DNA of 64,000 nt. Origin: Lysobacterales bacterium. GTDB taxonomy: Bacteria > Pseudomonadota > Gammaproteobacteria > Xanthomonadales > SZUA-5. How positions within the stretch are numbered: the stretch's first letter is position 1; each line of letters opens with the position of its first letter. Of the stretch, positions 30,251 to 40,900 are shown piece by piece. A program made the translations under genes and the position numbers. The stretch is taken from positions 1 to 64,000 of the forward strand of contig JALHMH010000015.1 in the NCBI GenBank assembly GCA_022844165.1. Direction: 5' to 3'. The notes below the pieces were generated by a model. The model was not told the DNA's origin, searched no databases, and was given only the letters and a program-made list of their open reading frames with translations.

Positions 30251-30721
30251 ATGAAAGGCGACAAGACTGTCATCCAGCATCTCAATAAGATCCTCGCCAA
30301 CGAGCTGACGGCGATCAACCAGTATTTTTTGCATTCGCGCATGTACCGCAATTGGGGGTACAAAGTGCTGGCCGATCATGAGTACCACGAGTCGATCGAC
30401 GAAATGAAGCATGCCGATCAGCTGATCGAGCGCATCTTGTTTTTGGACGGTCTGCCGAACCTGCAAAAGCTCAACAAACTGATGATCGGCGAAACGCCGG
30501 TCGACGTCATCCGCTGCGATCTGAAACTCGAAGAGATCGCGATTCCAGACTTGAAGGACGCCATCGCGCATTGCGAGAAGGTTGCCGACTACGGCACTCG
30601 GGAATTACTCGAACACATTCTGGAGAGCGAGGAAGAGCACGTCGACTGGCTGGAGACGCAAATGGCGCTGGTCTCGCAGTTGGGCGAGGCACTGTATTTG
30701 CAAAGCAAAGTCGGCAGCTGA
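30251..30721 (+). CDS. bfr: bacterioferritin
   Basis: ELTAINQYFLH, ESIDEMKHAD, EEEHVDWLE. Confidence 0.97.
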   Translation: MKGDKTVIQHLNKILANELTAINQYFLHSRMYRNWGYKVLADHEYHESIDEMKHADQLIERILFLDGLPNLQKLNKLMIGETPVDVIRCDLKLEEIAIPDLKDAIAHCEKVADYGTRELLEHILESEEEHVDWLETQMALVSQLGEALYLQSKVGS

Positions 30722-30857
30722 TCGATTCATCATCGGCGATCAACCGGGGCTGGTTCAATGTGCCGTGCCCGGTTGGTTGACGCGTGGCGGGCATTTTGAG
30801 CGCTGGTCAATAGACGTTGCGGTCGCTCAAGCGATTGGCGACCAACGCACTTGAACT

Positions 30858-31232
30858 TCACATGGTTTCAAAACTGCCGCCGAAAACATCACTTTCGGCC
30901 TCAAAAGACACGACGCCGATTTGATCGCCGCGCATCTCCGTCATGGTCATCACCGATTCGTTTGCAGGCCGATCCTGAAACAGCACAGCAGCCAGACCCA
31001 ACGCGGCAGCAGCGCCCAAAGCCGGACGCCAAAAACGTGATTGCCTCGATGCATTGTGCGCTTGCGTCACCCAGTTTCTCGCGAGCATCTCTGCGCCATC
31101 CTGCAACGCCATGGCCAACTTCAAGTCCCTCGCGACAGCACGGTCGGAGATCGCCGCCGTCAGCCAACGCTGGCGAGTGGCTTCATCCAGTTGAGGCCAG
31201 CGGGTCAGGTCATCGCGATTGAGTAGTGCCAT
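30858..31232 (-). CDS. putative anti-sigma factor
   Basis: Overlaps the end of the ECF sigma gene; single TM segment. Confidence 0.55.
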   Translation of the reverse strand: MALLNRDDLTRWPQLDEATRQRWLTAAISDRAVARDLKLAMALQDGAEMLARNWVTQAHNASRQSRFWRPALGAAAALGLAAVLFQDRPANESVMTMTEMRGDQIGVVSFEAESDVFGGSFETM

Positions 31233-31746
31233 TGTTGACTCCTTCGCGCAGCGCATCCAGGCTGCGATAAACCACGTTTCTTGCCTTTGCCTCGGTCCAT
31301 CGCAGGGCTTGACCAATTTCTGCGGTAGTGAATCCCTGCAAATACAAACCCAGCGCCTGCGCGACTTCGGGTTGCGTCGACACCAGTTCTTGCATCAGCA
31401 CATGCAGATGGGCGCGTTCTTCATGCCCGATCCCATCGAGCGGCTGAACTTCCAGCGCTTCCAATCCAACATGTTCCCGATCTCCACCACGCACCTGACG
31501 CTTGCGGGCTGCATCGATCGCCACACTGACGACCACGCTACGAATAAAGGACGCAGGCTTGTCCCAGTTTCTCTCACGGCTCAATGTTTGCCAAAGACGA
31601 ATACGGATTTCCTGCTCTACCTCTTCCAGGTCTGCCTCAGAAAGGCGACTATCCACAGACTTCAGCGTGGTTCGCACATACCGGCTCCAACGCGCCAAGA
31701 GCGCTTGAAACTCCGCCTCGAATGGTACCTTGCGCTTGAAAAACAT
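31210..31746 (-). CDS. ECF RNA polymerase sigma factor
   Basis: DLEEVEQE...AIDAARK region 2; GFTTAEIG...KARNVVYR region 4. Confidence 0.85.
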   Translation of the reverse strand: MFFKRKVPFEAEFQALLARWSRYVRTTLKSVDSRLSEADLEEVEQEIRIRLWQTLSRERNWDKPASFIRSVVVSVAIDAARKRQVRGGDREHVGLEALEVQPLDGIGHEERAHLHVLMQELVSTQPEVAQALGLYLQGFTTAEIGQALRWTEAKARNVVYRSLDALREGVNNGTTQSR

Positions 31747-32099
31747 CAGCTTGCGCGCACATGCCCAGCGGCGGCGAGCTCATCAATGTAGCGCTGCCAG
31801 TAGTCGCCCTGGTGCTGGCCTAACTCGTACAAGTAGCTGAATGAATAGATACCCGTCTTGTGGCCATCGTCGAATTCGAGCAGTACAGCGTAGTGTCCGA
31901 CCGGATGGATCGCGGCGATATTGACGTTCTCCTTGCCCAATTGCAGAACTCGCTGATCGGGTCCGTGTCCTTTGACCTCCGCCGATGGGCTGAAAACGCG
32001 CAACAGCTCGCAAGGAAGGCGAAACACCTCACCTGTATCGAACGCGACTTCGAGGACACGGGAACGTTGATGGAGCCGAATGTCGGTTGGCTGGCTCAT
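31746..32099 (-). CDS. DUF971 family protein
   Basis: ELLRVFSPSAEVKGHG, VGHYAV, FDDGHKTGIY. Confidence 0.9.
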   Translation of the reverse strand: MSQPTDIRLHQRSRVLEVAFDTGEVFRLPCELLRVFSPSAEVKGHGPDQRVLQLGKENVNIAAIHPVGHYAVLLEFDDGHKTGIYSFSYLYELGQHQGDYWQRYIDELAAAGHVRAS

Positions 32100-33175
32100 G
32101 TGCCGCCCTTGGCATGTACTGGCATTTCGCCGTCAAGCTTCTCGCCGCGATTCCATGCCAATAACAGTGTGTATCCGACCGCGAGAAGCACAGGGCCCAG
32201 GAATACCCCGAGGAAGCCGAAGGCGAGCACACCGCCGATGACGCCCAGAAACACCAACAGGAACGGCATCTGCGAGCCGCGGCTGATCAGATAAGGTTTG
32301 ATGATGTTGTCGATCCCACTAATCACAAAGAATCCCCAGACGGCCATGAATACCGCGGCGGCGTAACGGTCTTGCGACCCAAGCCAGACAACCACGGGTA
32401 CCCAGACGAGCGGAGGCCCCATTGGAATCAGCGACATGAAAAACGTCAGGAGCCCCAAAAACAGTGCGCCAGGTACGCCGACGATCGAAAAGCCCACGCC
32501 CGCCAGCAGGCCTTGCGCCAGCGCTGTGCCGAGAATGCCGTACACCACGCCCTGGATTGTGCCACCCGCGACGTCGATGAACTGTCGCGCGCGCGGACCA
32601 ATCAACCGCGTCAGTGCTTGACGCAATCCGATCGCAAGTTCGTCGCCGCGCCGGAACACAAAAAACGCAATGAACACCGACAAACCCAGCTCGACCGTGC
32701 CGCGCCCGAGCACCGCGCCGCCCTTGATCACGCCATCGCGCACTGGATTCAATGCCGCTTTAGCGGCCTCAAGCAGGCCGGTCTGTGATTCAAGTTCCTG
32801 CCAATAATCGGCGATGGCGACGCCGACCACAGGCAACTGAGCAACCCACGCCGGCGGCGGTGGCAATCCGCGTGCAACCCAGTCTTTCAGCGCCTGCGCC
32901 CAGGCCGAGACGTTCTCGGCCAACGTCAGGCCCACGACGACAAAAGGCAAAACCAGAACGCACGCAACTGCCAGTGTCATGACGACAGCGGTTAACGTGC
33001 GCCTTCCTTGCAGTTTGCTCACCAGCCATTGGTACGCAGGCCAGCTTGCGTAACACAAGATCACTGCCCACATCAGTGCCGACAAGAAGGGCTTGAGTAC
33101 CAGGAAACAGCCCACGGCCAGGAAACTGAGCGCAGCAGCGGCAAACAAGGCTTCAATCAGTCGTTGACGATCCAT
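32096..33175 (-). CDS. AI-2E family transporter
   Basis: Multi-TM; IDNIIKPYLIS, GVIGGVLAFGFLGVFLGP. Confidence 0.92.
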   Translation of the reverse strand: MDRQRLIEALFAAAALSFLAVGCFLVLKPFLSALMWAVILCYASWPAYQWLVSKLQGRRTLTAVVMTLAVACVLVLPFVVVGLTLAENVSAWAQALKDWVARGLPPPPAWVAQLPVVGVAIADYWQELESQTGLLEAAKAALNPVRDGVIKGGAVLGRGTVELGLSVFIAFFVFRRGDELAIGLRQALTRLIGPRARQFIDVAGGTIQGVVYGILGTALAQGLLAGVGFSIVGVPGALFLGLLTFFMSLIPMGPPLVWVPVVVWLGSQDRYAAAVFMAVWGFFVISGIDNIIKPYLISRGSQMPFLLVFLGVIGGVLAFGFLGVFLGPVLLAVGYTLLLAWNRGEKLDGEMPVHAKGGT

Positions 33176-33205
33176 GGGTGTCGTATGCGCAAACCAGAGC
33201 CGAGT

Positions 33206-33494
33206 CTAGCGAGGTTTAGCCTCAGACCGGCGAGCTTTGTTGGCTCACGTCAAGCACGTTAGAGTCCTTGACGGCTCGACAAATGAGTCAAGTTTTCGAC
33301 GAAGCGGATTTGGCTTTTGAAGCCCCCTTGAGTCAAGCGGGGTGAGGATCGGCGCTGACACGCCGCAAGGCGTGTACGCGCCGAACGACCGGCGGCTGTG
33401 CCGTCGGGCCGGAAATGCGGAGCGCGGGGTTGTGGCGAGTACGCTGTCGGACGAAGCCAGCAATGCTCGTCGGTCTGAGGCGAAGCCTCGTTAG
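33206..33494. mobile_element. MITE family C, full copy with long imperfect TIRs
   Basis: CTAGCGAGGTTTAGCCTCAGACCGGCGAGC... is inverted to ...GCTCGTCGGTCTGAGGCGAAGCCTCGTTAG; interior shared with 24469-24654. Confidence 0.65.
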
Positions 33495-33564
33495 TGGGTC
33501 GTTTGCGCAACCATGCCCTGAGGTTGCTCTTGTGTTCACGCAGACAGGCCACACCTTCTGACCC

Positions 33565-34380
33565 ATGAACATCAGACCCCTGCCCGACGCGGCATTCACG
33601 CGTCAAGCACTGGCGCGAGATCGCCGTCGCCTTGAGACCGCCTTTTTTTGGGGGGCGATCAGCATCGCGCTGTTGTGGCTGGTGATGCTTGCCGAGTGGG
33701 CTGCTGGAACACGATTCTCGTTTCTCGGACTGGCCCCGCGCGAACTGACGGGGCTTGTCGGTTTGATCGGCGCTCCGTTGGTGCACGGCTCACTTGAGCA
33801 CCTGATCGCCAATAGCATTCCAACTTTCGTCCTCATCAGCCTCGGTATGTATGCCGTGCCGCTGGCGACTGCGCGCGCAGTGCCGTTGATCTGGATCGTC
33901 AGCGGCGCTTTGGTCTGGCTGTTTGCCCGCGACTCGGTGCATATCGGCGCTTCCGGTGTGACCCACGGTCTGATGAGTTTTCTGTTTGTGCTCGGTGCAG
34001 TCCGGCGCGATCGGATCACCATCGCCGTCGCGCTGATCGTGTTTTTTCTTTATGGCAGCATGGCCTACGGCTTCTTACCCACGAAAGCTGGAATCAGTTT
34101 CGAATATCACGGCGCCGGTCTGGTCGGTGGCGTCATCGCCGCGCTGCTTTGGCGAAATCTCGATCCGCTGCCAGAACAAAAACGCTATGACTGGGAAGAC
34201 GAACCTGAAAACGACGAGGAGTGGAACGACGATCCGCTCGAACCCCCGTCGCCGCAACATGTGCCGGTGCTTTGGGACGGGCCGCGTCGTCCCACGCGCG
34301 GTGCCTTGCTGCAATTTCCGTCGCGACGCCGAGTCGAGTTTGCCGATGACGAAGATGGTCGAATCGAGCCGGAGCGCTGA
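33565..34380 (+). CDS. rhomboid family intramembrane serine protease
   Basis: HLIAN, HIGASG, ISFEYHGAG. Confidence 0.9.
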   Translation: MNIRPLPDAAFTRQALARDRRRLETAFFWGAISIALLWLVMLAEWAAGTRFSFLGLAPRELTGLVGLIGAPLVHGSLEHLIANSIPTFVLISLGMYAVPLATARAVPLIWIVSGALVWLFARDSVHIGASGVTHGLMSFLFVLGAVRRDRITIAVALIVFFLYGSMAYGFLPTKAGISFEYHGAGLVGGVIAALLWRNLDPLPEQKRYDWEDEPENDEEWNDDPLEPPSPQHVPVLWDGPRRPTRGALLQFPSRRRVEFADDEDGRIEPER

Positions 34381-34424
34381 TTGAGGCTCAAACCCCATTG
34401 TTGGCGACAGCCAGGTTCCCTCCA

Positions 34425-34770
34425 CCCGGGCCAGGCGATAAGCCGGGTTCTGTCGCGAACGATCATTCCTCTGGAGCTGGCGTCGCCGCCAGTCTCAAGC
34501 AGCTTACCCGGGGAAGACGCGGGCCGCGCCATACTCCCCCTATTTAGCCTTGCTGCCGATGGGGTTTGCCGTGCCGTCCGTGTTGCCACGTCCGCGGTGC
34601 GCTCTTACCGCACCGTTTCACCCTTGCCCGCGCTCCTTTCGAAGCCGTTGGCGGTTTGTTTTCTGTTGCACTTTCCGTGAGCTCTCGCTCCCCAGGCGTT
34701 ACCTGGCATCGTGCCCTGTGCAGCCCGGACTTTCCTCGGTGTTACCACCGCGATCGTTTGCCCGGCGCCG
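34425..34770 (-). ncRNA. rnpB: RNase P RNA (class A)
   Basis: GAGGAAAGTCCGGG, AAGTGCAACAGAA, GACAGAACCCGGCTTA; ends approximate. Confidence 0.95.
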
Positions 34771-34961
34771 GATGGAGGGATCCGGAGTCTACTCTCTTTG
34801 GCAACCGTGGTTTGATCGCCTGGGCTTGTGGCCACGGGATCGGCCATAAGTCGGTTCATTGGCTTGCAGCATTTTGACGTCCTCCCTTTTTGCCAACTGC
34901 CTCGTCGCGCACAGTATCGGGGTTACGTAGACTCGGCGCCCAACCTCCAAGGGCGTTATCA

Positions 34962-35816
34962 ATGTCCCATCGAACGATGATCGCGGTCTGGGTCGCGTGC
35001 AGTTCCTTCTGCTCGTCGGAAGCAGGCGCACAATCGCTGAGCAGCCCCGAGAGCCTGCAATTCGATAGCGCCAATCAGCGCTATCTCATCAGCAATCGCG
35101 GTGCCGGGAACATCCTGGCGCGCAGCACAGAAGGCACACTGACGGTGTTCACCGATGACCCTTCGAGCCCCGCAGGCATGGAGATCATGCAAGGCGCGGT
35201 GTACGTTGCCGATGGCGCCCGTGTGCGCGGATATCGACTGAGCGATGCCGTGCGTGTGCTCGATTTTCCGATCCCCGGGGCAGGTTTCCTCAATGGTCTG
35301 GCGTCGAATGGCAACGGTATCTTGTGGGTGACCGATTTCAGCCAACGCCGCTTGCACGCGCTGGATGTTTCGAACTTGAGCGCGCCGGTTTTGAACACGC
35401 TGCTGACCGACACCGTCTTCACGCCCAATGGCGTGGTTTGGGATGGCGCAGAAAATCGTCTGTTGTTGGTCAGCTGGGGCGCCAACGCGCGAATCGCCGA
35501 ATACCGTTTCGCCGATCAGATGCTCAACACAATCGTGACCACAACGCTCGGCAACTTCGATGGCATCGTGCTCGGCTGCGACAACGCTGTCTACGTTTCG
35601 AGCTGGTCCCCCAGCGGCACGATACGCAGGCTGGCATCGCCTTTGACCGTTGCCTCGCCAGCCCTGGACTTTGTCATGGGTCTGAGCAACCCTGCCGATA
35701 TTGCCTTCAGCCCGGAGCGTAGCGAGATCGCAAGCCCGAACGCGGGCAACAACTCCGTCAGTTTTCATCCCATCGTGTGCCCAACCGAGCCACTGTTTGC
35801 GAACGGTTTCGAGTAA
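34962..35816 (+). CDS. secreted SMP-30/gluconolactonase-like beta-propeller with LFANGFE C-terminus
   Basis: Signal peptide; SSPES, FLNGLA, PNGV, FDGI, PADI blade motifs. Confidence 0.8.
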   Translation: MSHRTMIAVWVACSSFCSSEAGAQSLSSPESLQFDSANQRYLISNRGAGNILARSTEGTLTVFTDDPSSPAGMEIMQGAVYVADGARVRGYRLSDAVRVLDFPIPGAGFLNGLASNGNGILWVTDFSQRRLHALDVSNLSAPVLNTLLTDTVFTPNGVVWDGAENRLLLVSWGANARIAEYRFADQMLNTIVTTTLGNFDGIVLGCDNAVYVSSWSPSGTIRRLASPLTVASPALDFVMGLSNPADIAFSPERSEIASPNAGNNSVSFHPIVCPTEPLFANGFE

Positions 35817-35862
35817 CTTCCGGCCTCGCGAGGCATACCTCTGAATCATGCCCGTCAACGGG

Positions 35863-36132
35863 TCAGGGTTCATCTCGATAGTTGACGAACAACGTAGGAA
35901 GAGAGGTTGACACAGAGGGAGGCACCACAACGACGCCGAATACGTGTCCGAGAACCGAACCGCTGAAATCGCAGGAAGAAGTCGATCGAAACGCTGGAAC
36001 GACGCAGAAGCACGACCGAGGAAGTAACGCGGGACCCGGATCTCGATCATCGAGACGGGGCGGTGTTGACCCAAGTCCAAGTAGTAGGATCAAAAACTAG
36101 AAGCAGATCAGGTGTTGACAGGAGGCGTCCAT
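35863..36132 (-). pseudogene. possible decayed small secreted gene with an in-frame TAG
   Basis: GAGGAC RBS, then MDASCQHLICF*FLILLLGLGS... in one frame. Confidence 0.3.
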
Positions 36133-36351
36133 ACGTGTCCTCGTTATGTTGTTCACCGACTAGGCGCACCTAGAGATTTTCGATGGATGAACTGCAATGA
36201 GTCCCGAATTAAGCGCTTTTTACAAACAGCTTCGGATATACCGTAAAATCAAATTCGCAGCCGTTATCGCGACGGATCGCCCTGTCGAGAAAAAACATCA
36301 TGGACCAAAGCGCAGCCTGCCCGCCTTGATTCCGTAACATCTTTGGCGCAT

Positions 36352-36828
36352 TTAGTCTATTAGCTGCACATCGGCCAAGGAAAGCGCTGAAATAATACGC
36401 TCGGCTTTAGTGCGACAATTGGAGTTGCACGTCTTCGAGAGCGAACTCAATGCCCTTATTATCCGAAGCTTGACTCCGCGCAGCTGTTCCACTTCCGATT
36501 CTGAATCTGTGGTTAAAAGCAACGCTCCCGCGTCGCTTACCCATGCATCAAAGTCACTCTCGTGCCTTTCGAACCAGACAAGCATCATCTCCGGCCGGCA
36601 TTCTAGCGCTCGACCAAGGTGATCTGATACCTCAAAGCCAAGCGCACCATCTCTAATCAACCAAAGACTACCAATCGTATGAATGACTGGAATCGCGTCA
36701 CTTTCTCTTTCGCCGCAAAGTAGTTTTTCTGCATTGGTGTCCAGCCACAATAAACTCTCCGATGCGAAATCGCGCGACCAAGCGGTTGATTGAAGAAAGA
36801 AACTAACGGCAATCAAAAGCCTACTCAC
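36352..36828 (-). CDS. putative periplasmic immunity protein
   Basis: Signal peptide, AT-rich, GTGA overlap with the toxin stop codon. Confidence 0.6.
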   Translation of the reverse strand: MSRLLIAVSFFLQSTAWSRDFASESLLWLDTNAEKLLCGERESDAIPVIHTIGSLWLIRDGALGFEVSDHLGRALECRPEMMLVWFERHESDFDAWVSDAGALLLTTDSESEVEQLRGVKLRIIRALSSLSKTCNSNCRTKAERIISALSLADVQLID

Positions 36829-37820
36829 TCAAACCCTCCATCGAAACGCTCTGATATAATAATCCTTGCAGTCATTTGCTGCCGAATGGAATTATATAAG
36901 GCTTTGGTTGCTGCACGACTGTTATAAACTCTGTTGGAGCGATATTCGCTTCCAGGCATTAAGCAACCAAGTGTATGCGCCGGTGTATTCCCAGAATGAA
37001 TGAGGATTTTCGACCTGCCGGGCACTCGTTGCAATTCAAATGCCGACGGATACGCGCGGCTTGAGTACGGCATGAGCTCATATGATCCGGGCATTATTCT
37101 TAGGTCACTACCTTCGATTGTAGAACTTGGTCCAGCGGGCTCCAAAACAAATGCGCTGTTGAAGTTTCCGTAAAGATCTTCCCAATATATTTCGCTGATC
37201 GTAGCTTCGTTCGTTGTGAGAAATCTAAATAATTTTATCTCAAGTTCGGTTGGCAAGAAATCTTCGACTGCGTCGGAGCCATACGGATCCGGAGGAGGAG
37301 CACCTGGCCCATTCGCCGGTCGATGCCATTCATCATTAAACGCCCTAGAAAACGCCGCCGTGACTGCCCCATTGGCGAACTTCCCACCGCTCGCCGCGCT
37401 GACCGATCCGCCTACGAGAGCGGCGGCGATGACTCGGCTGGGGCTGAATCTGCGGTTCGCCGCGTCCAGCGTGTCGATTTTTCCTGAGAACGCTTGTGTC
37501 ACGCCTGCGGACAGGAAGCCATGGCCAAATTTTCCGCCCTGCAAAGTCTGCATCACGCCACCCGCAATGCCATGCGCAGCCACTTTGGCCGCGAACAAGC
37601 CGGGACTCAGGTCCGTGCGCTATAGCGCGACCCACAAGAGCGACGTGTCCCGTTGGTCGCGCCATGCGACGCTGTTGTCTGGAATGCTGCGGTGAAGTCG
37701 CCCACTGGATGGGCTGCCTTCCTGCTGTGGGGGGCGCGATAACTTCGACAGTCGATGGTGAATCTGGCGGGCTGACCCGCAACGGCTTTGACATAGTTTC
37801 TCCGATCAAAGCCGCTCTGA
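36825..37820 (-). pseudogene. orphan Rhs-type C-terminal toxin module (DUF5675/LD-transpeptidase-like tip), frameshifted upstream of 37598
   Basis: GGKFGHGFLSAG...GGKFANGAVTAAFSRAFNDE pre-toxin linker; tip RIMPGSY...VPGRSKILIHSGN...TLGC; no Rhs core present. Confidence 0.7.
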
Positions 37821-37928
37821 AATGAGAGATAACTCAAAGTATAACTGGCAGGTCGCATTGATTTGAAGATGCACGCACCCTGGACCGACCAGGGCGCGCG
37901 GTGTCTTTTGGCCTGGATGACCGTTCGA

Positions 37929-40900
37929 TCATTCAAATCCGTTCGCGAACAGTCCATCGTCTGCGCCCGCCGCGATCACGCACCATTGATTAACGGTGCC
38001 GCTGTCGCCGGTGGCATCGTCAATGACGGTCAGACGGAAGTCGCCGGCGGGCAGGCCATTGAATCGTGCCAGATCGTCTTGCGGACGCAATTCGCCGTTG
38101 ATGGCTGGTGCGGTGGTGCGACAGGCGACGATTGCGCTGTCATCGTCGTTGAAGGTGCCGTTGACATCATCGCCGGTGCAATTGTTTTGTTTGGTGTACA
38201 GCCGTGCTTCTACGCCGCTGGCGACGTGCGTGAGACGGAATGCCAACTGTCCAGCGCTGGTGTGTGCGGTATTAATGCTGACATCCAGATCGCCGATCAG
38301 CGAGCCAGGTACGGTCAGTGTCTGCGTGGCACCGCTGGCGTTGCCATCGGGAATCGGCAGGGCGCTCTGCGAACAAATGGCGGCGGCCGTTGTGAAGCTG
38401 CGCATGGTGCTGGCGGCAGACTCGCCGCAGGCGTTGATTGCGGTCACGCGCCAAAAGCGGGTGACGGCCGGCGCCAGTTGTGGCAAGCGGAACTGCGTCG
38501 CGATGGTCTCGAAGCTCTGAGTGTTCGGTCCGGCTGCAAAAGCACTGCTGTCGGATACGTCCACGCGATAACGCAACGCGCCCGTCGCGGCCTGCCAGGA
38601 CAGCTGTGGCGCGCGTTTGACGCCTGTCTGACTATCGCCCGGGCTGCCCAGCAATGGCGCAGCTGAGGTGCTGCTCGATACCCATAGTGGCAGCGCCAGT
38701 TCGTCGTCCGTACCGCCGCTCACGTCAGCGCGAACAGTGGTTGGATACGCACCGGGGACCAGTCCTGCCTGCGGTGTCAATGTCAGCGTGCTGCTGCCGG
38801 TGTTGATCGAGGCGGGCGCAAAGGCCACGCCGAGGCCGCTCGGTGCGCCGTCCAAACTGAGCGCAGCGTTGCCGGCAAAACCGGCGAAACTGCCGAAACT
38901 CAGGTTGGTCTGCGTCGGCGTTGCGCCGCAGACATTGATCGTTGTTGCCGGGGAAGTGATCGCCACACCCGCCTCGCGACAGTTGGTGCACACCAATGCG
39001 TAATCTTGCGCGGGTGTTCCGGGCGTGCCGTTGCCCGCGAGTGCATCGGCGTTGATCGCCGCGGCCGTCAATGTGATCGTTGTGGCGCCGCCGGCGGGCG
39101 CTGCCAGATAGACATTTTCAATGTTGTTCAGCCGATCGAAGCTGCCGCCGGTTACCGACGTGCCGTTGTTGAAGACGTTGCCAAAGTACGTCTGGCCACC
39201 GTTCACCACGGTCAGGTCCAGATCGTTCACGAGGGCCGGATTGGCCTGCACCGCGCCAGGCGCATCGGTCCACACCAGCGAGATCTTCATGGGTCTGCCG
39301 GGATCGACCAACCCGACCGTAAAGCTTCGCGTTTGTCCGGTGGCTGTGAGTACATCGTCCTGATCGCGATACACGCCGCGCAAGCTCGGATCGAAGGTGT
39401 ACTTCAGGTCGACCTGACCCCAGCCCTCGTCGTTATTCGGTATCGGTCGCGAGCCGTCGTTGGCGTTTGGTGTGCCGGTGCCGGCCAGATCGTAGGCACC
39501 ATTGATCAGTACCGCTTTGGTCATGGCTGGAGACGGAACGGCACCGGCGAATTTTTTGGCCCACCATTCGTGCACCAGAGCTGCCGCGCCGGAGACCATG
39601 GGCGTGGACATGCTGGTGCCGGAGCACAGCGAGAACAGGCCGTTGGTGCCGGCGATTGCCGTTCCGCATTGGCCACCTTCAGCGCGACGTGTTGAACCGG
39701 TATTGCCGCCAACGCCAGTGATCGTGGGGAGGGTCCGACCATCTTCTGCGGGTCCTCGCGACGACGAGGAACTGATGTTGCTGGAGCTGGCGGGGTTGGT
39801 GCGCCCGACTAACGAATTGGCTACGGAGATGATGTTTTTCGCCACGTGGGGGCCGGTGAGGGTCGATACGCCGGGTCCAGCGTTTCCAGCTGAAAACAAG
39901 ATCGAAAAAGCTTGGTTACCGGTGGTGTTGAAATCGCCGTCGCGAACCAGAGTGTCGTATTCACGCTCGCTGGCAAGGTAACGCACTTGCGGCGAACTGC
40001 CCGAGTTGTTCCAGGAATTATTTGATCCGCGCGAACCCGCCGCCAATGGAATGCGCGTGCGCTCGGGGTTGGGCATGCCACCGCAACCCACCGATCGAAC
40101 CGCAAAGAGCCCCGCCGCCGGAGCGACGCCTTGACCATATCGGTAACCGTTGGCATCGGTTTCCGCCGCGGGCCCGGAGAAGTCTCCAGTACCGCGACCC
40201 GCCAGCGATCCCGAGACATGCGAGCCATGCCCACCGCTGTCGTCGCCCGGCAACGGGGCCGTGGGGCAGCCTGGGCCGTCGTGACCGCCCACCCGCGCCA
40301 CCCCCAAATCCGGATGCTCCCAATCGGTACCAGAATCGACCACCGCCCAGGTGATGCCTGCGCCGCTCAAGCCCAGATCCCACGGCACGCCGATGGTCTT
40401 CAGGAAATCAAGATATCCCGGTGCGTTGCCGATTCCGCTGGGCGAGAAGTTGCGCGCGAAGACCTGGTTGGCCATTTCATCGTCGGGCTGCGCCTCCGAT
40501 TCGCGACCAACCCAAACCAACTCCGGGAGCTGTGAAACAGCCGCTAGAGCGCCGGCGTCGATGCGACCTGACGCGCGATAGAAGCGGGCGTCCGGCTGGG
40601 CTGGGTAAAACTGTTTGAGTGACACGCCGCGCGCGGCTAGCGTGCCCTGCAGCGTTGTCGGTGAGCCAGAGTTGAACAACAGAAAGCTTGCGTCTTCAAT
40701 CGGCCCATTGCTGCTGCGCAAGTTCGGATCGATTCGCAGGTCGCCGCCGAAGGCTGCTGCGCCGCGAATCATCGGTTGACCGTCCAGCGCAGCGATGGAT
40801 GCCCCGTCGGCCCAGACGAGATAGGCGTTGTGCGGATAGTACTGAAGCGGCAATACCTCGGCAGATTCCAGGGCCTGCGTCCAGGCGGCGCGCGCCGGGC

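Noticed and set aside
34381-34877. Several overlapping small ORFs
   Set aside because: They overlap the RNase P RNA gene
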